A stretch of DNA of 64,000 bases from positions 48,360,001-48,424,000 of the forward strand of contig OX597824.1 of assembly GCA_951406725.2 (NCBI GenBank), in the 5' to 3' direction. Origin of the DNA: Octopus vulgaris. Taxonomy: Eukaryota. Numbering within the stretch: the stretch's first letter is position 1; the number at the start of each line of letters is the position of its first letter. Under the pieces are notes generated by a model. The model did not search any database, had not been told where the DNA came from, and saw only the letters and a list, made by a program, of their open reading frames with translations. Positions 12,886 to 25,225 of this stretch are shown here, one piece after another. The position numbers were made by a program, and so were the translations under genes.

Positions 12886-13511
12886 AACATGCAATTACAG
12901 TGCTAAAATCTCATTAGTCATTCAAAATTGCACTAAAACGTAATCATTTATTATTTGGTGTCAAAATTTTCATCATAGTATTTACCAGCTGTTTATCAGC
13001 ACATTTCCACTGCAAACGGAGCTATGCCGGTAACCGGGTCGCAGTTAGTGCAAACAGAATATTTACGCCAAATGATAAACGGTTAAGTGATTTTTGAACG
13101 GCCAATACGTGTTTTTGACACTGTAATTGTTTTACTTTCAACGCCCGGTCTCAGATCAAATCACATGTGAAACAAGTACACCTAGTGTGTGTGAATCATT
13201 TTAATTCGTCATGCCTCATAACTTCACTCTAGGAATTTTCCTTTTCTCTTTTCCGGCGAAACGACAATCTCTCTCTTTTTATCGAGCATCGAGCCAGTAC
13301 ATTCCTTGTTCACGTCCTCTTGTTGTCTTAAATGTTATTATTCATTTATTTGAATAATACACACACACACACAAACACACACATACACACATATACACAC
13401 ATACACACACAAACATCCACACGCACGCGCGCGCATATATATGTACAGGTATGTTCATGCAAAGAGGGGGAACTGAAATCAAAATAAGAATATATGTATA
13501 ATTTTGTTAAT

Positions 13512-13600
13512 ATTTAGCAGAAGTAACAGAGTGACTCAAGGTCCGAGAGTGCCAACACGCAAAACTATCGGACTTTGAGTCACTCTGTTACTTCTACTAA

Positions 13601-13602
<2 letters not shown>
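13512..13602. repeat. 39-bp-arm hairpin element
   Basis: Arms 13512-13550 and 13564-13602 are reverse complements with 3 mismatches; 13 nt loop. Confidence 0.92.
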
Positions 13603-13694
<92 letters not shown>

Positions 13695-13695
13695 A
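13602..13695. repeat. (TCTA)n microsatellite
   Basis: Direct inspection. Confidence 0.97.
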
Positions 13696-14057
13696 TATAT
13701 CTGTCTATATAATCTATATCTAGCTAGCTAGCTATATGCACATGCTTCGTCGGCGAAAGATAAGTTGTAAGACGTTTCGAATGTACTTCTTCATCTGAAG
13801 ACGGAAATGTAAGGTTAATGGCAAAGAGAAATGATGCAGATTTATAAAAGGAGGAGGGACACAGAAGTAAAGCACAAGCTTTAGGTCAATAGTAAAAAAG
13901 AAGGCGAGTAGAGATACGAAGGTTGGGGGTGATTAATGCAGTGTAAAAGGCAGATGGTACGTTAGATTAGGGAATCAGATGTTGGAACTCCAACATCTGA
14001 TACAGAGAAACTCTGTAAAGGTAGTATATTTGTGTGCATATATTATAGTCAAACACA

Positions 14058-14285
14058 GGGCGGCGAGCTGGCAGAATCGTTAGCACGCCGGGCGAAATGC
14101 TTAGCGGTACTTCGTCTGCCGTTACGTTCCGAGTTCAAATTCCGCCGAGGTCGACTTTGCCTTTCGTCCTTTCGAGGTCGATTAAATAAGTACCAGTTAT
14201 GCACTGGGATCGATGCAATCGACTTAATCCTTTTGTCTGTCCTTGTTTGTCCCCTCTATGCTTAGTCACCCTGTGGGCAATAAAG
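14058..14285 (+). mobile_element. SINE family A, young subfamily, full length
   Basis: ggcggcgagctggcagaatcgttagc (A box), gagttcaaattcc (B box), conserved central domain; closely matches the copies at 40311 and 40566. Confidence 0.9.
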
Positions 14286-14997
14286 ATACACATTTAATAT
14301 AACACACACACATCTATATATATATATGCGTATATCTACGTATATATGACAAAAACATATGTATATGTATGTGTATACAGAATTACATGTATAGATGCAT
14401 GCACACTATGCAAATGTATGATTTGTGTGTATATATGTATATATATATATATAGATAGATAGATAGAAAGAACGCTGAGAAACAGAAAGTGTGAATGGGG
14501 GAGAGGAAAGAAGGTGTCATAGACTTTCTTGAACTGAAATTTTTCATTAGAAGATTTAAACAATCGAATACATACCCAAAGTAATCTGAGACTTAAAAAT
14601 AAATTCTCTTATTCTTTTGATTCTTTAAGAAAAGCTCACAAAATTCCAGAATAGGTTTAGATTACTATAAATAGTATTTTAATGAAGCCGATCAATCTGA
14701 TATTTTGTCTTCTTTTTCTTTTTTATGGTTTGTTGCATATGTTATTCCTGTTTTTATTTATTCATTTATTTATTTGGTTTTCATATGTTTCATATTTTAA
14801 TCCAAAAATAATCAATATTTTGTTTGTATGCTCTGAACTTAGTAAAGGCATTTAATCCTTCTTTACTGATGTGTTAAAGGTGTGTCATTTTATTGCTATA
14901 ATGTACTATACAATATATGTATGGATTTATTAGTCAGCACTGTATGTTGTGAATAATATAAGCAATAGGCGCAGATCTGCCGGTGTGGAAGAGACAC

Positions 14998-15162
14998 AGG
15001 CGTGACTGAGTGGTAAGAAGTTTGCTTCCCAGTCACGTTCTTCCAAGTTCGGGCCCACCGAATGGCACCTTCGGCAAGTGTCTTCTACAATCACCCCGGG
15101 GCGTCCAAAGCTTTGTGAATGTATTTGGTAGACGGTAACTGGCGGTATTTGGTAGTCCGTCG
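14998..15162 (+). mobile_element. SINE family B, 5' half
   Basis: aggcgtgactgagtggtaagaagtttgcttccc..ggcaagtgtcttctac..tttggtagacgg. Confidence 0.8.
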
Positions 15163-15194
15163 TATGCATGTATGTATATAATATATAATATATA

Positions 15195-15234
<40 letters not shown>

Positions 15235-15239
<5 letters not shown>

Positions 15240-15340
15240 TAAAACTTACTTGGAAAAGGATGCGTGGCTGTCGATCATATAATAATATAAATAATATATA
15301 AATATATGCATATATACATACATATTTGTACATACCCCAC

Positions 15341-15418
<78 letters not shown>

Positions 15419-16262
15419 GCATATATGGGTACAGGACATCAGAAAAACGTTGAACACAATGAGAAACGAAAGCATAAAAACAAAATCATAGAAACGAGCT
15501 TTTTTTCAAACAACGAAAAAAACAGAGTACAAGACATACAACACAAGGGATATTCCCCTTCTTCAGTTATCCCCGTTTCATCTACTCCGCATTCGAAGGT
15601 AAAAGCAAGACGCGACTTCGTTGAAACTGTCCTTTCCACAAAGCAAATTAAATAAAATTTGAGATTTTTTGCGGAGGGTAAAAGTGGTAACAAGAACAGG
15701 ACAATAAGAACAAAATAAGAAGTAAAAACAATAAAAAAGTTAAAACAGTAAAAGACAGAACAATAAGAATAAAACAGCAAAAATAAACGATGAGGGTTGT
15801 TAAGCCAAGACGATGGAAAAATTATTCTGAACGCTTAAGGAGACAGCTTATAAAAGAGACAGGATAAGCGGGTCTGGTTTTGGTGAAGATAGCAGTCGGA
15901 AAGATGGCTTTCCTCTGATCACGTGTTAGTGATGAGAGAGTCGAGGAGGAGGGGAGTAAGAGAGAGAGAGAGAGAGAGAGGGAACGGTGAAGGGGGAGGA
16001 GAAGAATAGGGAAGGGTAGGAGAGAAAACCAGAAAGAATGAAGAACAAGAGGGGGAGAGAGATAGACAGAGAAGAAACAGTAAAGGGAAACGAGTGCGCA
16101 TCATAATTATTACGATAAAACTTACTTGGAAAAGGTTGCAATATATACATACATATATGTAATTACTTACATATATATGTATATATACATGCATATATGG
16201 GTACAGGACATAAAAAAAAAGTTGAACACAATGAGAAACGAAAACATAAAAACAAAACCATA
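15235..16262 (-). mobile_element. non-coding interspersed repeat with terminal direct repeat (PLE pLTR/retrozyme-like)
   Basis: 15238-15490 is repeated at 16116-16262; a second family member lies at 34075-34960. Confidence 0.7.
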
Positions 16263-16268
16263 TATACA

Positions 16269-16368
16269 TGAGGGGTGTATGAAAAGTCTTGAGCCTTCAA
16301 GGCCTTTGAGCCTTCAAGTCTTGTACCATTTTTGTTTTTTTGAGGCTCAATACTTTTCATACACCCTC

Positions 16369-16369
<1 letters not shown>
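16269..16369. mobile_element. mariner-derived MITE
   Basis: TIRs tgaggggtgtatgaaaagtcttgagcct / aggctcaatacttttcatacaccctcg, followed by TA. Confidence 0.8.
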
Positions 16370-16427
<58 letters not shown>

Positions 16428-16575
16428 TATAAAAGCAATTAAGATTCAAGTGAGTTCTGTTGAATTCACATGAATGCGGTACTTAACTTGGATGCACCAG
16501 AAATCTATATGGTGTTAACCATAAGATAATGCGGGGTGATTATAAATAAGAAAAAGCAACAAGAATGGATCAATA

Positions 16576-16664
16576 TTTCGGTACAATTGTTTCGTACGAA
16601 GACAGCTTTATTAAGGCTGCAGATATTGCAGTAAATATAAGTGACCCGTACTCATCAGCCGAAA
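16576..16664 (-). ncRNA. type I hammerhead ribozyme, intact core
   Basis: UUUCGG-CUGAUGA-GUACG..CGUAC-GAAA-C AAUU G-UA-CCGAAA on the minus strand. Confidence 0.85.
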
Positions 16665-17203
16665 AAACATCTGAGTTCTCCAAACATCTAAGGGGGTGAT
16701 GTTACACTCCTGAAACATAGAGTAGCCCCATAGTTCTATAAAAATAAGAATTAGGTAACAAATGGACTTCTGAAAGTTCTTTTAGTGTTGCACAGTCATA
16801 TAACGGGTTTTAAAAAAGTATTTTAAAAAACCTCTTAGTTTTGCAGAAAATGAAAATAAAATTGAAAATGTAAATCCATCCATATTGAAGAAAGTTTGAA
16901 TTCTGGAGATATGGACTAATTATGGATAAATGCATATTCTGTGAATATGATACCTCTCCTCATATCTCCAGAATTCAAGCTTTCTTCAATATGGATGGAT
17001 TTACATTTTCAATTTCATTTTCATTTTCTGGAAAACTAAGAGGTTTTTAAAAATATTTTTTAAAAACCCGTTATATGACTGTGCAACACTAAAAGAACTT
17101 TCAGAAGTCCATTTGTTACCTAATTCTTATTTTTATAGAACTATCACCAATGTTTCAGGAATGTAACATCACCCCCTTAGATGTTTGGAGAACTCAGATG
17201 TTT

Positions 17204-17292
17204 TTTCGGCTGATGAGTACGGGTCACTTATATTTACTGCAATATTTGCAGCCTTAATAAAGCTGTCTTCGTACGAAACAATTGTACCGAAA
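17204..17292 (+). ncRNA. type I hammerhead ribozyme, intact core
   Basis: Stem I UUUCGG/CCGAAA, CUGAUGA, stem II GUACG/CGUAC, GAAA, palindromic stem III CAAUUG; GUA cleavage triplet ends at 17286. Confidence 0.88.
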
Positions 17293-17625
17293 TATTGATC
17301 CATTCTTGTTGCTTTTTTCTTATGTATATATATATATATATATATATATTATGCAACGGGCTAAAGGTTATTACGGTTAAGCGGTAGATCCGCACCATCA
17401 GACATGACATTCGAGCATCAACTAGAAAGTGAACTGCAACTTTAGAGTAGCCCCATCGTCGACCTTGCTCATTGTACTTTTGTACACTATTTGGTATCTG
17501 GCGTTCTGTTCAGAGAAGTGCGAATCCCTGTGGCGATGTAGTGAATGTAGCAGTAGTAGGTGTAAGTAACAGAGAGTCAGAGGTGGGGAGAGAGCATATT
17601 TGTGGACATAAAAAGAGAGATAAGC

Positions 17626-17670
17626 TGTGGATGCGTATTTCGATTCGATTTGCAATCTTCGTCAGCAACC
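17626..17670 (-). ncRNA. minimal hammerhead motif, stem I decayed
   Basis: CUGACGA-A-GAUU GCAAAUCG AAUC-GAAA-U ACGC A-UC. Confidence 0.55.
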
Positions 17671-17747
17671 ATGCAGCCTTCTTAACCATCCACGAATGCA
17701 CTGCTTCTAAACAAACTAATATAGGAACATACGTATATTGGCAAAAC

Positions 17748-17990
17748 CAGTGGTTCTCACCCGGGGTCCATATGGTCCTTGGGGGTCCTTACAAGATCTT
17801 GTTAAAATTTATCTGCAATAAATTGGTTATACTTCTACAAATATTTTAACAATTTTGTTTATACCCTTCCCAATAATATCTAATTATAAAAAATATAATA
17901 GGACCTTTTAAACATCGAATGGCTATGAGAGTCTACCTGAGTAAAATAGGAATCGAAGGAGTCCAGAAGTAAAAAATAGTTGAGCCAAAT
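17748..17990 (+). mobile_element. hAT-type MITE
   Basis: Starts cagtggttctcaccggggtcc; ends with decayed ..ggagtccagaagtaaaaaatagttgagcc. Confidence 0.6.
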
Positions 17991-18899
17991 TTACACAGTT
18001 AACTCTCTCTTGGAGCTCAATCGAAAATTTAACATTACTTATGTATTAACTGTCTTTCATTTTATTGCTGTAACGTACCGTACAACATATGTATTGATTT
18101 ATTAGCTAATATTGTGTGTTTAAGATAATAACCGTATTGTGTACATTCTACACAATACGGTTATTAAAGTCTTTTTTGTTCTCTCTATAGCAGACATTTG
18201 TCACAAAACAACAGCAATGTACAATCGCCGAGTATTTTCTTTAGCTGGCACATTTAAACTCAAATCCACCGCTTAGTTCATCAAGCAAAATAAAGACTTC
18301 GTAAAGAATTAAAGACAACAAGAATTACTCTTATCTGTACGGAAGAAAACCTAAAACAGTGCAGATTTTTCTCCACGAGAATCACCGTTTTGTTTGAAGA
18401 AGAAAATCGTTACCTGAAAGTTAATAAAATTGCCATAAATCTATTTCCATACTTATAGATATCGGATGTTCATAAAATATATTGCCATTAATTAATTAAT
18501 TGATTAATTAATTAATTGAGGAGAAGTTTTCATTTCTTTTCCATTCATATGCCATCAACAAAATGTTCAAATTACAGACGTTGATCTTATTTCAGGAAAT
18601 CGATACCAATAAGTTAATTTACTCAAGAAAAGCTGACAAGGAAGTGTATAAACATTAATCAGTTAAGTTCCTGGTGTATACCAGACATATACTCGTATGT
18701 GTGTGTGTGTGTGTGTGTCCTGGCTATGACATTAAACTACATCCTGTGGCGAGGCTCCAGTTGGGTAGTTATGGAGTTGTGAGGAGTGTGGAGTCATTCT
18801 TTAATTACGATTGGTGGTATCTATCAAGTTTCCATCTATGGATTAAATAGATTTCCCAGGGGTAAAGGAGGCTCCCATAATTTTTAGAGGATGGCAGCT

Positions 18900-19090
18900 T
18901 GTCCCCTCAGCATCGCTTGACAACCGATGCTGGTGTGTTTACGTCCCCGTAACGTAGCGGTTCAGAAAAAGAGACCGATACAATAAGTACTAGGCTTACA
19001 AAGAATAAGTCCTGGGGTTGATTTGCTCGACTAAAGGCGGTGCTCCAGCATGGCCACAGTCAAATGACTGAAACAAGTAAAAGAGTAAAC
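18900..19090 (+). mobile_element. SINE family B, 3' half (young)
   Basis: catcgcttgacaaccgatgctgg..gtcaaatgactgaaacaagtaaaagagtaa. Confidence 0.88.
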
Positions 19091-20163
19091 TGTTTGTCTG
19101 TCTATCTGTCTGTCTGTCTCTCTTTCTCTTTCTCTATCTATCTGTCTATATATATATATCTCACTAAATTAACACTCTGCATCTGGTAACATTCTTTGGT
19201 GAGTAAAAATGATAGCTTACACCATATTTCCATTGCTGTTTCTAAAATAAATTTAAAACCAAGCTAATCTGTAAATCCTTAAACTCGGAATTAACCCTTT
19301 TTGTTGCTTCGTCTAATTTTAATTCCAATGAAACACTAGAGTAAAATCTATAGGCAATTTAGGAAATTGCTCTTCTAGTGTTGCGGAGTTGGATTTGCTG
19401 GAGGATAGGATAAATCTCTGAATGGTCAAGTGATCAATGAGTTTAATCACTTTTATAACTGGAGAGAGAGAAAGAGAGCGAGTGAAATCAAACGAGAGTG
19501 TGAGAAAAAGAAAGAAAATGGGAGAAAAAGAAAGATGGGGAGATGCAAGAAGGAGGAAGTAGAGGAAAAAATAGACTGACAAAAGAAAGTGTAGAGAGGG
19601 AGTAACGTTAACAAAAAGATCAAAGACAGGAAGAGAAACGAGAAACATAGAAACATAATAAATAAAGCAGACAGATATATAGAAGAAATCACGTTTATTT
19701 ATAACATTATATAACAATAACAGAAAACCTATGATCTGTTTTATTCTATTGTTATTTATTTCTGGATATGAAAGTTTGTATTATGTGAATCATTATATTG
19801 CGCACTCACATTCAGAGACACACGCACGCGCGCACTAGAGAATCACAGAGGGCATATTATATAGATCGAGCCAATGCGGTAATCCCACTACGTAAACGAT
19901 AGACCTGCTTGACATAGCAGCCAAATCACATTCAAATCATAGACCTTACCATCATAGGAATGAATTGGGACGAGTTATATGGTGCAATCCCGGAGGCATT
20001 ATATATGAATAAAAGACGGGATGTTCTCAGCCGGGGATCAAAAATCTAACGATCAATAAGTCTGGCAATCATAGATCTGAGGATCATAGATCTTGAGTGT
20101 ATAGATTGGAAATCATAAGCCAAGAAAATAAAAATCGACAACAACGACGACAGTGATGACGTC

Positions 20164-20262
20164 AAGAAGAAGAAGAAGAAGAAGAAGAAGAAGAAGAAGA
20201 AGAAGAAGAAGAAGAAGAAGAAAAAGAAGAAGAAGAAGAAGAAAAAGAAGAAGAAGAAGAAG
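20164..20262. repeat. (AAG)n microsatellite
   Basis: Direct inspection. Confidence 0.97.
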
Positions 20263-20820
20263 AGCAACAGCAACAACAACAACAATTTAATATAGAGAGG
20301 TTTGAAATAGCGTGCAGTGGACTCCAGAACTGCAGCTGGTCGAGTTGATAGGTATGTCATGTTTTTGCGCAAACGTCTTCACTTTTAATGCTTCAGTCTT
20401 AGCTATAAACAAGAAGTAGCGTTCACGGCTGTAAGTAAGTAATTAGCAAATTCTGCGTCGGTTTATAGTGCTGGGTATATTTTCTCCTACAAATTTAAAA
20501 AGGTAATAGAAAAAGCAAGTCTTTTTACCCTCCATTGAAATCACTGTCTGAAGACAAATTCTTTAGAGTTGCTTTCAACAGCCCAGTGGCTTACTACACT
20601 TATGTAGTGAGATGGTTTAGGTAGTGTGTAAGAGGTTGAGAGTGAGAGTAAAGCAATGAGTATTAACGGTGTGCTGAGAGCGTTAATAATTTCTAAATCA
20701 CGTTATGCTCTTCATAGTAGAAATAAAGAATCTTGTTTATCTTACAATGCATAACAAGAAATGCTTATCAGGTAATAAAGTGGAGATGTCATTGACTCAG
20801 ACTTTATGCAATATGACAGT

Positions 20821-20891
<71 letters not shown>

Positions 20892-20894
<3 letters not shown>

Positions 20895-21466
20895 GCCCTG
20901 ATGCAGTACCATAGCCCTGATGCAGTACCAGGCAGTGGCTCTCATGGCTTCTGATCTTAACTGATTGGAAGTGTTATCATGTACATTGTTTTGTCTTGGT
21001 ATAAAAGATGGGCTACAGCAAATATTCTGCTCAATACCACAGATTTGCTTGTCAGTTGTTTGACCTTAACCAGTTGAGCATGTCCCTTAGTGGCTGACGA
21101 TATGTGCATCTCTGATCACGAGCAGAAGTAGTGGGGGAGCATCATAGCCATGTGTTGAGAGGGATTCTTTGGGGTTTGAATAGTTCACCTCTGGAAACAT
21201 GGGTGGTTCTTTCAACATCCTTAAACAACCCTTATTCAGGGACCGTTTGAGCGGGATGGGCTACTCAACCTGAAGAAAATTCTAACTGGGCCCCACCTGC
21301 AAGGTCATGTGCTGTTTATCTTGATATGAGATCACCATGTCGCGCACATATGGTTGTGATGCATGTGCCTGGTGTACCTTTATCAGACGGGTAGTCATGA
21401 TGGGTATATTGGGCTTCGTATATTTTACCCAGTGTCACTTTGATGGCATGAACTGCTCTCTCACTC
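20892..21466 (+). mobile_element. ~575 bp non-coding element flanked on both sides by (TAA)n
   Basis: (TAA)n at 20823-20891 and 21467-21517; 19 bp tandem duplication at the left junction. Confidence 0.7.
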
Positions 21467-21518
<52 letters not shown>

Positions 21519-21524
21519 CTTTCT

Positions 21525-21712
21525 GCTGGAGGCACAAAGCTTGAAATTTTGGGGGAGAGAAGTAGCCGATTACATCGACTCCAGTGTTCCACTGGTACTT
21601 AATTTATCGAGCGGAAGGATGAAAAGCAAAATCGACCTCGGCTGAATTTGAACTCAGAACATAGCTAAGCATTTCGCCCGGCGTGCTAACGATTCTGCAA
21701 GCACGCTTAATA

Positions 21713-21768
<56 letters not shown>

Positions 21769-21966
21769 TATCCTTTCTACTAGAAGCACAAGATCACAAA
21801 TTTGTTGGATGGGACTAGTCGATTATATCGGACCCCAGTGTTTCATTGGTACTTAATTTATCGACCCCCGAAAGGATGAAAGGCGAAGTGGACCTCGGCG
21901 GAATTTCAACTCAGAACGTAGCGATGGGTGAAATACTGCAAAGCATTTTGTCCAACGCGCCGCCTT
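21525..21966 (-). mobile_element. two SINE family A copies separated by (TAA)n
   Basis: Both contain ggtacttaatttatcga..aaggatgaaa..gacctcggc..aactcagaac. Confidence 0.85.
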
Positions 21967-22171
21967 AATAATAATATATAATAACGAATAATAGAATTAA
22001 CATAAACAACGGTGTAAATGAGGACGTAACTACAAGTGACGGACTTTCACCCCGACAGTTGCCCTGTGGATGAGTAGAATAGACTCGGTCGTCATTATAC
22101 GGTTGCTAGAACAAAACTAAGATGATGAATGCAGCTATCATGGAATGGCATTTTTTGTGTAATAATAACCA

Positions 22172-22430
22172 AGTTCGAGAAATACGTTAGAGAAATCGGA
22201 ATTGACATGAGACCAGAGCAACCTCCCAAAAAACCGCACTGCTAGGGACAGCTAGGATTTTGAGATTCGTACTTGAATCTTGAATGTCTCCTACGATGAT
22301 TAACAACCAAGTTTCAAAGCTTATAATGTGCGGAAAGAGGTCCTGTGAGACCTCTGATAGCTGCTGTCCGCTCTCATAGAATCTACAAGAGCAAACAAGA
22401 CCGAGCGTCTGAAAAGTAAAACATAAATAA
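22172..22430 (+). mobile_element. R4/Dong-type 3' fragment (end of ORF plus 3' UTR)
   Basis: KYVREIGIDMRPE..QKTALLGTARILRFVLES* is the typical R4/Dong C-terminus; preceded by taataataa. Confidence 0.8.
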
Positions 22431-22820
22431 CAAAAGCACTCAGAGAGCAAAAACCTCCACTAAGGCAACATCAACGTCCTCTCAACGATTAGCCAGAGAT
22501 GATTTTTAAAATGAGAATATCTGAAATAAACTCGACCGCTCTCACAAACGAGAATACTAAAAATGAACCGGTCCGCTCTCAAAAAATTAAGTAAAAACAC
22601 CGGAAAAATAATCCAGAATCTTTGTCCGGTAGGGGATCAATCCCAAAATCTAATCAGTTCGTGTTAGTCACGAAGCCAAACATCCCTGAAAGTTTCATTC
22701 GAATCCATCAAGCGGTTCTTGAGATATCTTGTCCACGGACAAACAAACAAAAAAACAAAACAAAAAAAACAAACACGACTGAAAACAATACCTCCACCTT
22801 CGATAAGGCAGAGGTAATAA
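22428..22820 (-). mobile_element. Helentron-associated non-autonomous element (HINE/DINE-1-like)
   Basis: Minus strand starts attacctctgccttatcgaaggtggaggta (hairpin), has a (GTTT)n tract, and ends gccttagtggagg..gctctctgagtgcttttgtt (subterminal IR plus terminal stem-loop). Confidence 0.7.
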
Positions 22821-23631
22821 TGACAAAAACAATATCTGGCATTGGCACACAATAGCATATATTTTTTTAAGATTAAGTATAGTCGATCAAATCGATTAAA
22901 TACTAAATGGTATTTATTTTACCAGACTCAATAACAACCAATAACACTAATTCTAATTCGTACGCTTAAATTTTGCCGGCATTAAATAACATATGCACCT
23001 ATAGATAGCATTAAAACTTCATACATCCGGTTTACATACTCATTACACCTACATACAAGTGAATATTGGAGTCCCAGCGAACATTCCGCGAGCACAAAAA
23101 CTTTGCTCAAACCTTTATTACAGATGTTCTCTCCAGAATACTATGCACATACATGTACTCACTCACGCACACATGTGTGCGCGCAGATGTATAAATACAT
23201 TGTGTAAATAGGCGCGCGCGCGCGTGTAAGCGTTATCAGTAGGGGCATGCGTTGAATTTAACTCTTAAGATGTTCAAAGAACATTGTAATATTTATCTAT
23301 ATTTAATGTTTAGGCTTTTATCGAAATTATTGAACTTTCACCAAGGGCAAGATAGTTTTACATATCACTGATTTGGGTTAAACGATAGAGGAGACACAGT
23401 TGTGCTGTCAGCCGAGTCTTTCCAAGGTCTGCGCACAGTAAAAAAATTACGGGGTAACAGCCCTTAGCAGTGACGAGTATAAATAGAAGGTTTTTATCAG
23501 TTCCAGTATGCTTGGGGCAAATTCGAACCCTAGAGAAAGTCATTCACTATGTTTTGTCTAGGAGAATATTTCTCGCTGTAGACAAATAATATATATACAC
23601 TTGAATCAGCTTGCAGCTCTACCTGCCCAGA

Positions 23632-23679
23632 TTATGAGATGCAAGCATTTCGTAGTGATTATCTCCTCTTCAGCCGCAG
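23632..23679 (-). ncRNA. hammerhead motif, core intact, stem I decayed
   Basis: CUGAAGA-GGAG AUAAUCA CUAC-GAAA-UGC UU GCA-UC. Confidence 0.5.
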
Positions 23680-24309
23680 AAACCGGGCAGGGTGCGCTCG
23701 AGGTGATGAGTAATGAAATAGTTCTACACGCAACCTTTCAATATTCGGACGTTGCTGACTTGTGGAGCTATTTTGTGTGGTAGCAGACGGATATGACTAT
23801 CAGCCGAGTCTGTCGTGAATACAGCCCTACCCACCTCTTTTTTTTTTCTTTTTGGCTGACCAAGATAAGCAGTTTCCTTCTTTTTGATAACAATGAAATA
23901 AGAGACTGTATGATAGACAAAACTGAAAATATAAAAGACAAATACTTTCCGCTTTTGCCAAGCCCCGAAAAACTACTCCAAGTCCAACTTGGAGAGGGAG
24001 TTGAATGGGGAAATGGTGATGCTGAATTAAAGGAGGGTAATATCTGAATAGAATATCTAGATGTTCGGATTTTATTTGATAATTTCATAAGAATGTGTAG
24101 TGTACATGGCATTTTAAGCGACCATTATTGGGTCACACTGGTTGAAGTGTTTGTAGTTAAGTTTTAATAAAGATTTGTTACATTCATCGGAAAAGAGCCA
24201 ATGTTTCCAAAGTGATATACTCAATAAAATCGAAACACGATGAAATGTGAATCATAACGTTTCGGAGAATGTGTGCGTACGTTTGTATGCATGTGTGTGT
24301 GTGTGTGTG

Positions 24310-24392
<83 letters not shown>

Positions 24393-25225
24393 CTGCGTGC
24401 GTGGGTGCCCGCATGTATGTGTGAGGGTTTTGTTGAAAGAAATGTAGTTCAGAATAGGAAGGCTAGAACAATTTGTTTATTGCAAGTTTCGTATGGTAGA
24501 AACACCGCACGGTGTAGCAAAGTGAAGAGGTAAAGAGAAAAGTGTTACGCGGTTTTAGGTGAAAATTGTATATAGTTTGCAGGGATGGTCTTTCTAGATT
24601 TAGATCAGCATAAATAGTTTTAAGCTTTGTTGCTTTCACTTATCCTCAGATAAGCTCTGCTGGTACACACTTATGGCCGAAGGTATTACAGTCGCGGTAA
24701 TCTCTTCTTTTCGTATATCTAGGATAACATTAGCCAACGTGTTCTTCCTTTCTTTAAGATGGTAAGATATGATTGGAGGTAGTTTAACAGCTATTTCCAG
24801 CATATCGAGGAGGCACGTAGATGGTTCAGTATTAGCGATGGTGATGGTGATGATGGTGCTGGTGCTGGTGGTGGTGGTGGTGGTGGTGGGAGCGTGTTGT
24901 CAGCGAGACGTCTGTTGTTGGACTAAGTTCAGAGAATGAGCCTGTGAGACGTTGAACAGAGTCCTCGGTGATGTCTGCCACCCTGTTCACTGTAAGGTTG
25001 ATGTCATTTATGTTAACTATACCCGATTCTTTATTCCTTTTAAACACAAAATATTTGTTAGTTCTTTCTTGTTCATCAATTTTGATGTGTAATTTTCAAT
25101 ATTGATAGATGAAATGGAGGTCAACGCTTTTAAAATAGACAGCTACCTTTTTCCTATGTTGATCTCATACTCAATGTACATATTACTTAACTATAACTCT
25201 GCTGATTTGCAGATTTCGTTATGGC

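Larger units (their letters stand above)
16546..17323. mobile_element. long inverted repeat of a PLE-type terminal sequence
   Basis: Arms ~16546-16913 and ~16961-17323 are near-identical reverse complements with a ~47 bp spacer; each carries a hammerhead. Confidence 0.93.

Noticed and set aside
13765-13802. Minus-strand hammerhead (CAGAUGA..GAAACGUC)
   Set aside because: Core mutated and stem I does not pair; at most a fossil.
18190-18420. Candidate exon with splice-like signals
   Set aside because: Stops in the frames checked; no recognisable protein.
24832-25170. His-tailed ORF and upstream nuclease-like wording
   Set aside because: Poly-His comes from a (TGG/TGA)n repeat; in-frame stop upstream; no convincing motif.
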